A stretch of 64,000 nt of DNA, taken from Mytilus californianus. Its lineage: Eukaryota. The translations under genes were made by a program, and so were the position numbers. The notes beneath the pieces are model-generated. The model saw only the letters and a program-made list of their open reading frames with translations, had not been told where the DNA came from and did not search any database. The stretch spans positions 20,460,001 through 20,524,000 of the forward strand of contig NW_026262745.1 in NCBI RefSeq assembly GCF_021869535.1. The letters run 5' to 3'. Of the stretch, positions 10,456 through 22,400 are shown in pieces; position 1 is the first letter of the stretch, and each line of letters opens with the position of its first letter.

Positions 10456-13400
10456 GTAAAGTGCTAGTTGCAATTTCAAAGACAAAGTGACACTGGCACT
10501 GCGACAACCGAAAGGCGAAACCGTTTGGAATAAAATTTAGACCCAGTTTCTTCGTCTAATAGGTGATAGAGCCCAACATCAGTCTCGGCACTCAACCAAA
10601 GTACCACAAATCCAGGCTTGTAAAAATGCTGTCAGGGCTGTAAAAATCGGGGCAGCCCCGATATTCTGACACCCCATTAGTCCAACATCCCATTGGTCGA
10701 CACCCCATTAGTCCGACACCCCATTGGTCCGACACAGAATAATTGAACAGTAGTAATATCTTTTTATATTAGAAAGCCTGATGACGTGTTTATTTCATAT
10801 TAGAATTGTGTTTAGAACCGAATGCCTTGTCCATCGACTGGTCCAAGTTATAAGGGTAGGTTGGTAGACATGTATTTGTTAAAATATTCGGAAATATTCA
10901 CCAATAGAATGATCGAGACTAGGACCTGGTTGTCTTCTGTGATTAAAAACGAGTACTATTAATATCTTAACTACAGTAAACATTTTGTCAAACTAGAATA
11001 TAATTTGTGAAGTTTTGTCAAAATACTTGCATGCAGATTCGTATCTATGTATCTCTCCCAAAGCAGAAAATTAATTAAGAAAGTTAAGGCTAGCTCTAAT
11101 GCCTTCCAAATAGAACTCTGTAAAGTTGACGAGTTCTCCATAAGGAATCTGTTTTGACTACATGTATATGAGTTCACAAAAACAGTATACGAGCTGGTAA
11201 ATATTAATGATGAAAAGAACAATTAAAGTAGGTAATTAAATTAATACTTGTAATTTCATCATTTTCTAGATATCTAACAAATGGGGAGATTAGATGGTTA
11301 TGGAGTTTTGTATGAAATCCGTATGTTGCTATGCACTAAACCACTTCTGATCCTATCGGACCAACATCTATGTGTTTTTCTAGTGACTGTATATGTCATT
11401 TGAACATGTCAGTATGCCATATTTCTGAAGCTAGAGCAGACAAGTTTAGAAAACAACTAATAGAAAAATTAAACAATATGAACGCACGCAATTGGAAGTA
11501 GTACCTCTTTCCGAGTGAAGCCTTTTGGAATGGTACGGAATGTCCTGTGAGGTGTTGTCCATTTTGGAAAAGACACTGACAATGCATTATTAACTTTTAC
11601 TTTCACTTTTATTTTAAAGTTGTCAAATCAATTGTGACGTTACGTCTTGTTAACCTTTGTAACCCCATATGCACCGCATTTTATGTACTTCAGTATTTGT
11701 TTTCTATGTTTAAATTGTCCTGAAGACGCCACCGTAAGTGGCGAAACATGTAGACCATAATAAAGATTTTCCTTGCAGTAATCTACGATGTTGTTGTCTT
11801 TGAGTAGCATTATTTTCCTGAGGTTTTAAGACAACCGCAGCATACCTCCGGGTATCCATCCTGATTACTCTCTACCAGCCTGTACCGTTAGAAGGTGTTG
11901 GTTCACTCGATGCAACCTATTATTTTTTGTGAACCCCTGCATCTAGACGATCCACCTTTGCCAAACCCGCGTTGTATTTGACAACCACACCGCATTGACA
12001 ATATCGACCCCTTCCGAGATTGCCGAATTATTCTAGAAAGTCAACAAATGAACTGCTACCACTCAAGATCAAAAGAAGACCACCGCAAAACGTACTGAAC
12101 CGCAGAACCGCACGATTATTGTTGAAATAAACTTGCAACATGGACAGTGTACCACAACCGCAAAATGTAACCAATTCACCACAACTTCCACCATGCCCTA
12201 CATGTGCGACTACCATACATCTTACAACATTCCCGACGCAATTGGAAGTAGTACCTCTTTCCGAGTGAAGCCTTTTGGAATGGTACGGAATGTCCTGTGA
12301 GGTGTTGTCCATTTTGGAAAAGACACTGACAATGCATTATTAACTTTTACTTTCACTTTCATTTTAAAGTTGTCAAATCAATTGTGACGTTACGTCTTGT
12401 TAACCTTTGTAACCCCATATGCACCGCATTTTATGTACTTCAGTATTTGTTTTCTATGTTTAAATTGTCCTGAAGACGCCACCGTAAGTGGCGAAACATG
12501 TAGACCGTAATAAAGATTTTCCTTGCAGTAATCTACGATGTTGTTGTCTTTGAGTAGCAATATGAAGAAAAGGCTAATTCTTTTGTAATTAGGGCACTAA
12601 GGCAAATTTAAAGAAATTTTATTTTGATATATGCACAATGAATATGCAAGAAATTTAAGACCGGAATGTCTTCTCACAAAAAATATGTTGTAATGTCAAA
12701 GTACATGTAAAAGGCTATAGATCCAGAGACACTTGTATCTGCAAAAAATTACCTATATGCATATATATATAAAAGACAATCGATTAGTTTTTAAAGAGGA
12801 AAAATAAAACACGAATGGAAATAACAATGTACAGAAAAAGAGTTTGTTTTAAGAATATATGAAATTACAAATATAATCACTGATGTGAAAAGTATATTCC
12901 CATGGCAATTTGTGTATGATGGATATTTTTTTTTTTGTGTTTTGAAAGTTTTCGATCTATAACATTGTATAAGTTTGTGTACAGTGTAGATGAACAGAAA
13001 TCATCATTCTTCGAAAAAATATTCCTTTCGCATTGTAAAACAATACTTTTTCGTTAATGACAATTTCCGAGGCTAAATTACGTGAACGATGACAGACTGC
13101 ACTACTAAGGATTGTTCTTTACATTTTCTTTTTAGTGGAGTGTATTTTCCCATAGAACACACCATGTATTATCATGATTATATTACCAAAACTTGCAAGG
13201 TTCTTGATAGATGCAATTGGTCATGGTATTTCTTAGATACCAGATGGCCCTGAGATGGGTGGTACGGCAATCTAATTAAAATATAGATCTTTGATTTCGT
13301 TATCCTCATATGAGCTTATATATACGAGCACAAGAGTTAATATAAATATGAATTTAATTAGATTGGGTAGTATGGTATCCCCTGTTTTGGTTTCTTTGAC

Positions 13401-16400
13401 ATACATATAAAAGAAAGAGTAGTTCAAATAACACGCCAACAACAATTCTATGAATAGAGTTTCTATTACAGCAGTAATGCACCTTCATTTGTTGGACTAA
13501 TGGGGTGTCGGACCAATGGGGCGTCAGACTAGTGGGGTGTCGGAATATTGGGGCGACCCCTAAAAATCATATCTATAAGCCAATACAATCTATTAAACAT
13601 GTTAAACTAAAATTTTCATAAAATTCAGCTTTGGGCCTGTATATTCAAAAGTTTATTGTGAAGACGGTAACAGAGTTCTTTCTATCATTTGAATGTATCG
13701 AAAACATAAACATAAAGCTTTTAGCAGAAAAAAGACCCAACCAGAATCATTTGTTAAAGTTCAGCATAATTTGGGGGTGTTACAGCAAGTGGAAAAGGGG
13801 TGGTAAAAAAACTTAAGAAAACTCCTTAAAACCCTGACAACTAATAGATGCATAATTGGATAACTTGAATTTATATGGTTTATATTGATAATACAGACAT
13901 GGCAGACTTTTATTATGAGATATGTCACTTTTACTCAAAAGTACAATTTAACTTCAGGCATACATCTGTTGTGTCTTGTATGCAAGTTTCTTGTATAACA
14001 ATATGACAGACATAATTATTTAGATAGAGTTCATATCTACCTTTTGAATACTTCAGAAATTATTGCAAATAATGCAACTGGCATGACTGGGTGGGTATCA
14101 CAATAATAAGAACTTGCATTCTGAAATGTGACACATACATGTATGTTTCTTTATTCTACATTGGCTAGAGGTATAGGGGAGGGTTGAGATCTCACAAAAC
14201 ATGTTTAACCCCGCCGCATTTTTGCACCTGTCCGAAGTCAGGATCCTCTGGCCATTGTTAGTCTTGTATGTTTTTTAATTTTAGTTCATTTATATGTTTT
14301 GAAGTTTAGTATGACGTCCATTATCACTAAACTAGTACACAATTTTATTTAGGGGCCAGCTGAGGACCACCTCCGGGTGCAGGATTTTCTCGCTGCATTG
14401 AAGACCCATTGGTGGCCTTCGGCTGTTGTCTACTCTTTGGTCGGGTTGTTGTCTCTTTGACATATTCCCCATTTCCATTCTCAATTTTATACATGTATTT
14501 GTATGCATCTTTCCTTGGAATGGCAATAATTATTCTCAGATTTAGGTTTGTCATGTCAAAATTGCAATAACAAATGCATGTAATAATTTCTGAATTTACA
14601 GTATTGTATCAGCCATATTGTTTTCAAGGTTTTTTGCTTGTATTATTATAAAATTTCTGAAATACAAGAAGATGATAAAAATTCGCTATTTTGCCTCTTT
14701 AATAAAAAAAAATTGATTTTTGATTTGTGCCTTTTGTCACTATCTTTACATTAAACATTAGCAAGGATAAGATGATGACAATTATAACACCTACCCATTT
14801 TAAAATGAGCATCATGATTCATGAGCATAAAACATGGCATGATACAATTATTTTGATTTTAATGGAAAATTCTATGTCAATTGTAATGTCAATCACGTGC
14901 AACCCATGTTCTAATAGAATTACAACATGGCTTTGTTTCCAAAGCGAAAGAATTAGAATACATATTAGAATAAAATATTCTTTTCAGCTTCTCAATTGGT
15001 TCATTTTAAGATGTGACATGTATACTACATGTAAGTTATTTACCAAGTAATATGTAAGTAACTATATCATGTATATCAAGGGTCGATATAGGGCTAAACG
15101 TTTATCTCTAACCATTATTTTTACATCACAGTTTACTAGGATTATCAATATCCATCACTGAACATTACTGAGAGAAAGTTAAATTTGTTTATTTATAAAA
15201 CTAACTTCTTATAATCCTTTGGAAAGTAGCTTTATTGATATTACACAACAAACAATTATTCAATACCCTTCCAAAATTTTCTCTGAACTCACATTATATA
15301 CCATGTCTATATTAACAATAGAAGATTATGGCTGAGCATAAACAAAATACCATCTAAATTAAAAATTATATTCCTATTGCTAAGAAAAACTCATCTCCAA
15401 ACTTGTGAGAGAAACTGTTATGAGATTGTTTTGATTTGAAAATATTTGAAGCAAAAAAGAAAAACCAAGTACATTCTATCCTTAGATAACCTTGTTAAAA
15501 AGGTTCTTCAGGTATATGGCAAATACATGTATCTACACATCTTAGATTCTATAATTGTATATAACATGTACAAGGTTAATACATAAAAAAAATCATTTCA
15601 TTTCACATTTATACAATGTTTTATTTTTATTTCTTCAGGTAGACCATTTTGGTTTTAATAACAATGATGAATTTGAGCAGAGATACCTGTTATATGGAGG
15701 GTTTAGGCCGCCACAGGGAGGGGGACCAGTATTCTTTTACACTGGTAACGAAGGAGATATTACTTTGTTTTGTAACAACACAGTGAGTACAAGAAAGATT
15801 TTTGTCAATATAAAAATAAGGAAATGTGGTATGATTATCGTATAGTCAGCTTTAAAAGGCCCTGACATGAAACATGTAAAACAATTCAAAAGAGAAAACT
15901 GGAGGCCTAATTTATACAATACTATTTATGAAAAACATAAATAACAGACATGAACCAACATCAACCACTGAATTTCAGTCTCCTGACTTGGGACAGGCAT
16001 GTAAACAATGTGGCAGGGTTTGATATGTTCATCTTAAAAAATAACATATAAATGTATACAGGTTTAATATTTTTTATGTCCCCGCTGTAGCGGAGGGGGC
16101 ATTAAGTTTTAACCTTGTTGGTCAGTACGTCCGATTGTCCGTACGTCCCAAAGTTGGTTTCCGCTCTCTAACTTGAGTTTGCCTCAACCAAATGTTATGA
16201 AACTTATACACAATGCTTATTACCACAAAACACAGATCAAGTTTGAATTTTGGTGGCGTCACTTTAACAGTTCTAGAGTAATGCCCCTTTATAAATGGAA
16301 AAATTGCAAAATTTTTATTTTCTTCTAAATATCAAGTAGTATTTAAAATTGGAGTTATCTTTCTTTGTCCATGATTATAGTTGAATCAACTACAATCAAT

Positions 16401-19400
16401 GCTTTATACAATGCAATGTTTAATTTTGACTTCCACTGATAAAACAAAGATTAAGTTGAATTTGGGAAGTGTCACTTTAATCATTATTCAGTTATGCCCT
16501 TTAAAAATCGAAAGATTGCAAAATTTTTAGTTTCCATTCTGTAACTTAAGTTTGCCCCAACCAAACATTATGAAACCTATACACAATATTCATTATCACA
16601 AAACTAAGATCAAGTACAAATTTTTTGTTTCTGTTTTCTAACTTTAGTTTGCCTCAAGCAAATGTTATGAAACTTATACACAATGCTTATTACTACATAA
16701 TACAGATTAAGTACGAAATTTGGTGAGAACACTTTTAACATTCTTGAGTTATGTCCCTTTTTAAACATAAAAATTGCTGAATTTTTCGTTTCCGTTCTCT
16801 AACTTTAGTTTGTCTCAACCAAATGTTATAAAACTTATACACAACCGTTCTAGAGTTATGCGTGTTTACAAATAGAAAAATTGCTGAATTTTTAGTTTCT
16901 GTTCTCTACTTAAGTTAGCCTCAACCAAATGTTATGAGACTTACACACAATGCTTATTACCACAAAACTTAGATCAAGTTCAAATTTGGGTAGTGTCACT
17001 TTTACCGTTCTTCAGTTATGTCCCTTTATAACTATATGCTATGCAAGCGGGGGCATCATCTGTGTCTACATGTGGACACTATCCACATTTATTTTTATTT
17101 ATATGTCAAACGTCAATATGATTTTAAGTACAGAATTGAACATGTTAAAAACAAACGCCTGTAGTAATATTAAGATCATCAGCACATGCCTAAAAAATTT
17201 ATCATGTTCAGTAGATGGTCTACATTCAGTAAAAATATATTTTCATTTCTTGCATTAATCATGTGAATACATATATAAAACTTGTTATGATAACAATGTT
17301 AAATGATAGTTTATAGACAAAATCTTTCTAAATTGAGTAATATGGATAACAAATAGATGTAGGTATAAGTCAAAGAGAAAGCCAACCACTAGCACAAAAA
17401 CCTCAAAAGACAGTAAGAGATCCCCATACAGTCTTATATAATAAACAAGTGTCTATAATATATGTTAAGGTCTAAATCATGAAAGTCGTTGAGTCTAGAA
17501 AAATTGTGAGTTTTAGCCGAATGAAATATATTTATCTCCAAGTAAAAACATACTGTATGTCTAAACAAACTACTTATGTAAATGAATACTATTTATAATT
17601 ATGTTATAAGATGCATAATGCATTGATATATACTTACACAATATTACAGGGATTCATGTGGGAGTTGGCCAGAGAACTGAAAGCTATGGTTATATTTGGT
17701 GAACACAGATATTATGGACAGTCATTACCCTATGGTAATCAATCATTTAAGGTGAAGTATATCAGTCATCCACATTTTTCAGCACAACGATCAAACATTT
17801 TGTTATTTCCTCTTTTGAATAAAGAGCAAATGCAAAGGTTAACAGAATGAATCTTTATCCATGATTGTCAATTTCTCCCTAGACATGCTAGAAGGAGTTT
17901 TCAATTAGAAAATACTTATTCCTTACTGCTCTTGTTACTTGTGTACTGATTGGCTATGTTTTAGTTACCTTGAATCATTTTTGCTGATATTTTTTTTTTT
18001 AATTCTATCAATTTGTACTTTAAAAATATCAGTATTCTTTTTTAAAAACCTGTATGGGGGTGTGCTAAACTTGTTTTTATTTAGAAAAGACTTAAAGACA
18101 TTTGAGAATCTTGGGCATGTGTATTGGATTATCATTTTATTTTCAAAATTTGTATTAGCATTTGATATTATATATATACATACATATATAATTATTTTGA
18201 AAGATGTATTATGCGGGAATTTCTCGCTGCATTGAAGACCTGTTGGTGGCCTTCTGCTGTTGTCTGTTCTGTGGTCGGGTTGTTGTCTCTTTGACACATT
18301 CCCCATTTCCATTCTCAATTTTATTACTAAGTGAACTATTTCGTCAAGTTCATTTGCTGTATTCTATATGTCTGAAACTCAGTTTTGCTTTATTAGACCA
18401 TTTTTATTGTCGAGCCTGCGACTTTTGTCGCAAAAGCGAGACATAGTGATCCTATATTCCGGCGGTGGCGGCGGCGGCGTCCACAAACATTCATTCTGTG
18501 GCTCAAGTTTTTAAAATTTTAATTACTTTCTTAAACTATCCTGGATTTCTACCAAACTTGGACAGAAGCTTGTTTATGATCATAAGATAGTATCCAGAAG
18601 TAAATTTTGTAAAAAAAAAAACCTGTTTTTCCGTATTTTACTTATAAATGGACATAGTTTTTCTGCCAGTTAACATTACATTCACTGTGTGGTTAAAGTT
18701 TTAAAAAATTTAATAACTTTCTTAAACATTCCTGGATTTGTACCAAACTTGGAAATAAGCTTGTTTATGATCAAAAGCTAGTATACAGAAGGAAATTTTG
18801 AAAAAATTTATTTCCTGTTTTTCCATATATTACTTATAAATCGACTTAGTTTTTCTTCCAGTTAACATTACATACAGTCTGCAGTTAAAGTTTTTAAAAC
18901 ATTTATTAGATTCATAAACCATCCTGGATTTTTACCAAACTCAGACAGAAGCTTCATAATTTTTTCCCCATTTTTGTTGAGCCTGCGACGTTTGTCACAA
19001 AAGCGAGACATAGCGATCCAACATTCTGTCGTCGTTGGATGAAAACATAGACAACAGCAATAGTAGGCGAGACACTGGGTTCCGCAGAACCCTTACGAAT
19101 TTTTCTCATTTAAGGCCGTTGTGGTTGGATATTGTTTGAAATGTTTGGTAAGTGAAGTGGTTGGGACATGAACAAATTTATCAACAGAATACATCAGTGT
19201 CTGAACTGTTTAAAATAAATGTATGGATGCAAAAGATTGTAGTGATCCCTATATCATGAGTCAGGGATCATATTTAAAAGGGTCAGTGGTTTGATATGAT
19301 GTCATACATATTTTAAACATGCGTGTCATCTTAAAAGGGTATGAGTGAATGTGACTCGTAGGAAAATCAATTACAGTTTATTTAACTGTTGGTTATAGCA

Positions 19401-22400
19401 CACAGGATTGCTCCAAGATGAAAAATACAATATGTTCCAAATTGAAAAATGTTTAGATATGACTTGTGTTTATTGGTAAATGTATTATTTCAGGACCCTA
19501 CCAAACTTCAGTATTTGACATCAGAACAAGCATTAGCAGATTTTGCAGTATTTATTGATTATTTGAGATCAGAGTGGTACCCTAGACAGAAGGTACCAGT
19601 CATTGCTTTTGGTGGATCTTATGGTGGAATGTTGTCTGCATGGTTCAGGATGAAGTATCCACACTCAGTACAAGGGTAATGTTCAAATTATATGTCAAGT
19701 AATGATCAGTAATGAAGCAACTTACCCAGAATTGTCATCTGATCTGTCATTTTACCAGTTGTGTCCTTTTTCCTGATTGTGACATTTTTACATAGTATGG
19801 GCTTGCATGGCAGGTAATGCATGCATACTACTGTTGTGGTACCCCGTCTCACTCCTTTTAAAATTCATGTGATTCTCTCAGCTTCTGTTTGTAATACCTT
19901 GATTTGTATTTTCTTAATTTACTAAACTACTGTTGTTTAAATTTATCTGAATTAGGAACCAACATTTGTTTGTTTGTTAAATTTGTCCTTATTTAACATG
20001 CAATGAAATATATGACAGGGGAATAGTTTAATATTTGTGTTTTTTCAATGAAATGAACAAAGTTTTTAATCAAACAGGGATCATATAAAAATATACCCAT
20101 GATATAGAAATTATTCTTAACTTGTTGGTATTAAGTAAAGGGTTCTTGCAAAAACATATGTACCATAATCTAAGTAGAAATCAAGGTCCTAGACTAAGTA
20201 AAGTTTCAGATGTGCAGAAATGTCCCAAGTAAGGAACTACATCAGTAGTTATCTTCTGTAATATATTAATTGACAACTAATAGTGTTTGGCGAAAGGTGC
20301 TGTATTATAATAATGCAATTAAATATAGTTATACCAAACATGGTATCAATAATCTACAATAAACAAAGTGTCAATATGAAGCACCTGAACCCTGATGTGG
20401 GTAATACTAACATTAATCATGTTAATAAGAAACAAAAAAAACAAAATAAAATCAAATACTTAATAAAATGTAGCTGGAACATGATCTCTTGCTTGAAATC
20501 ACATGTTAACTAAAACCTAGATGAAGTAACATGGGTGGGGGGCAAATCTAGTACAAAGCATTATCAATTAGGTACAATGAGAGTTACCTCCCATTGTACA
20601 CAATGGTTTTTGACATTAGGGAATTTGGTGTTAATGGCAGATCTTTGATAGTCTCCTAAATTTATATACATTTTTTATACTCTTGGTTATTTAGAGCTAA
20701 ACATATTGACTAAGGAATAAAGGGAGACAATCCATGAAACTATACAAATTTAGACCTCTATAAGTCCAAAGCAAAATTAGACTTGTTTTTTATGTCAGAG
20801 CTCTGACTTACTGTAAACCATCAGCTAAGGGAATAATACAATATTATTTAGTTTTCAGAAGAAATTCTCAAGTTTGATACAAAGACTACCTTTTTTGTCT
20901 CACAAGTGCAGTATCAAAATATAAAGTTTAGTTAGATGTTCTTAACCATGTATTTAGATTTTCAAAAGTGCCTGATTCTCAATGAATATAATGTACAACA
21001 TATCAATAACTAATCTGTTTATATACAGGGCTTTGGCAGCATCAGCTCCTATCTGGCAGTTTACAGATTTAGTAGATTGTGGAGCATTTTTGAAGACAGT
21101 CACTAATACATTTAAACACCATAATCCTACATGTGCAGAAAACATCAGGAATTCATGGATGATTATCAATAAAGCTGCGACAACAGGTAACAGTTTACTC
21201 TTGAATCATAATGTATATATATACCTGCTGCCAAAATTTCTAATTTACAATAATCACACTATTACATTCTTTAACTATCTAGGGGTTTGACTATAATTGT
21301 AATGTGATTTTCTTACCAAACATAGACAACCCTCTGATCATTATGAATATATGCATAAATTAGAATGTCCCACAGTATGTCTAAAGTAACTTGTAAAAAC
21401 CCATTAACTACAAACAACTTGGTTAAATGAATCATTAAATGCGACAGTCATGGCAGTTAACAATACACAAAATCAAAAGCAAGTCATTTTAATTCTGTAA
21501 ATTCAAATAGTTTTGTGCATTTTCATCAACAAACACAACTGCAGGATTAATTTCTGCATTAAAAAAAATGCAACATGTATAAGAATTAAAAAATGTCACA
21601 TCTAAATGATGCGATTCCAACACATTTTTTTTAATGATAAAAACATCACAAAACTGATTTTATACAAATAAACATCACTAATCATTTGATGTTAGCAAAA
21701 AAAAATCACTATACAAAGATTTTTCATTTTCCTTCACATGATATTGGTTTTTACATTTTATATCATTTACAAAAACTTTTTTATACATTTGGTTTTGTGT
21801 TTTATACAGAGACAGGAAGAAAAACAATTACTGACACATTTAAACTGTGCAAGCCTCTGCAATCTACAGAAGATGTTGGTACATTCAAGGCATGGTTACA
21901 AGAAACCTGGGTTGATTTAGCTATGGTTGATTATCCATACCCATCTAACTTCTTAGAACCATTACCTGCCTGGCCTATAAAGGTAATCATGTGCTTGTAA
22001 ATTCATTCCAGTGAGAAACAATAATTTACCATGTAATTGCTATAAAGACCAGGATGTATGTGAAATAATTTCTCTAATTCTAAGCCGATTTTTATATTCA
22101 CAGAGTGGTTAATTAATGTTTTCATAATCAAAGTGTGGTGTGAACCCTGTGATTGATCATAGGACCTTTTTGGTGAAAATTAAATTATGAGATCAAATTT
22201 TCTAGTTTTTCTTCTAATTTTGCTATCATGACCTCACAAAAAGTCAACCAAGTACGATAACGTCACATTGAAAGAACACAATTTTTTGTCTTCAGTTTAT
22301 TGAAAAAGAATGATTAAGTTTGTCTACATATGTGGTCAAAATAATTATAGAAACAGATTTCATAATCACATCTTGTGAGAGAAGATTTTTCTTCACTCCA

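Larger units (their letters stand above)
11486..12559 (+). mobile_element. Hammerhead-bearing direct-repeat retroelement (Penelope pseudo-LTR / retrozyme-like): 324-bp repeat, 426-bp spacer, 324-bp repeat
   Basis: 11486-11809 and 12236-12559 are identical except for 2 substitutions, offset 750. Each holds a type I hammerhead followed by AATAAA. There is no TG...CA terminus pair, PBS or PPT, which argues against a true LTR element. Confidence 0.85.
10649..13560. mobile_element. Non-autonomous DNA transposon with TIRs, subterminal 16-bp repeats and an 8-bp TSD (superfamily unresolved; Merlin/MULE/KDZ-like GG ends)
   Basis: Left end GGGGCAGCCCCGATATTCTGACACCCC; right end reverse complement GGGGTCGCCCCAATATTCCGACACCCC. 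The unit GACACCCCATTGGTCC occurs about 4 times at the left and 3 times inverted at the right. TSD TAAAAATC at 10641-10648 and 13561-13568. Confidence 0.9.

Noticed and set aside
11486-12559. Classical LTR retrotransposon or TRIM
   Set aside because: The repeats do not start with TG, there is no PBS after the first repeat and no PPT before the second, and no flanking 4-6-bp TSD was found. The hammerhead points to a Penelope-type origin.
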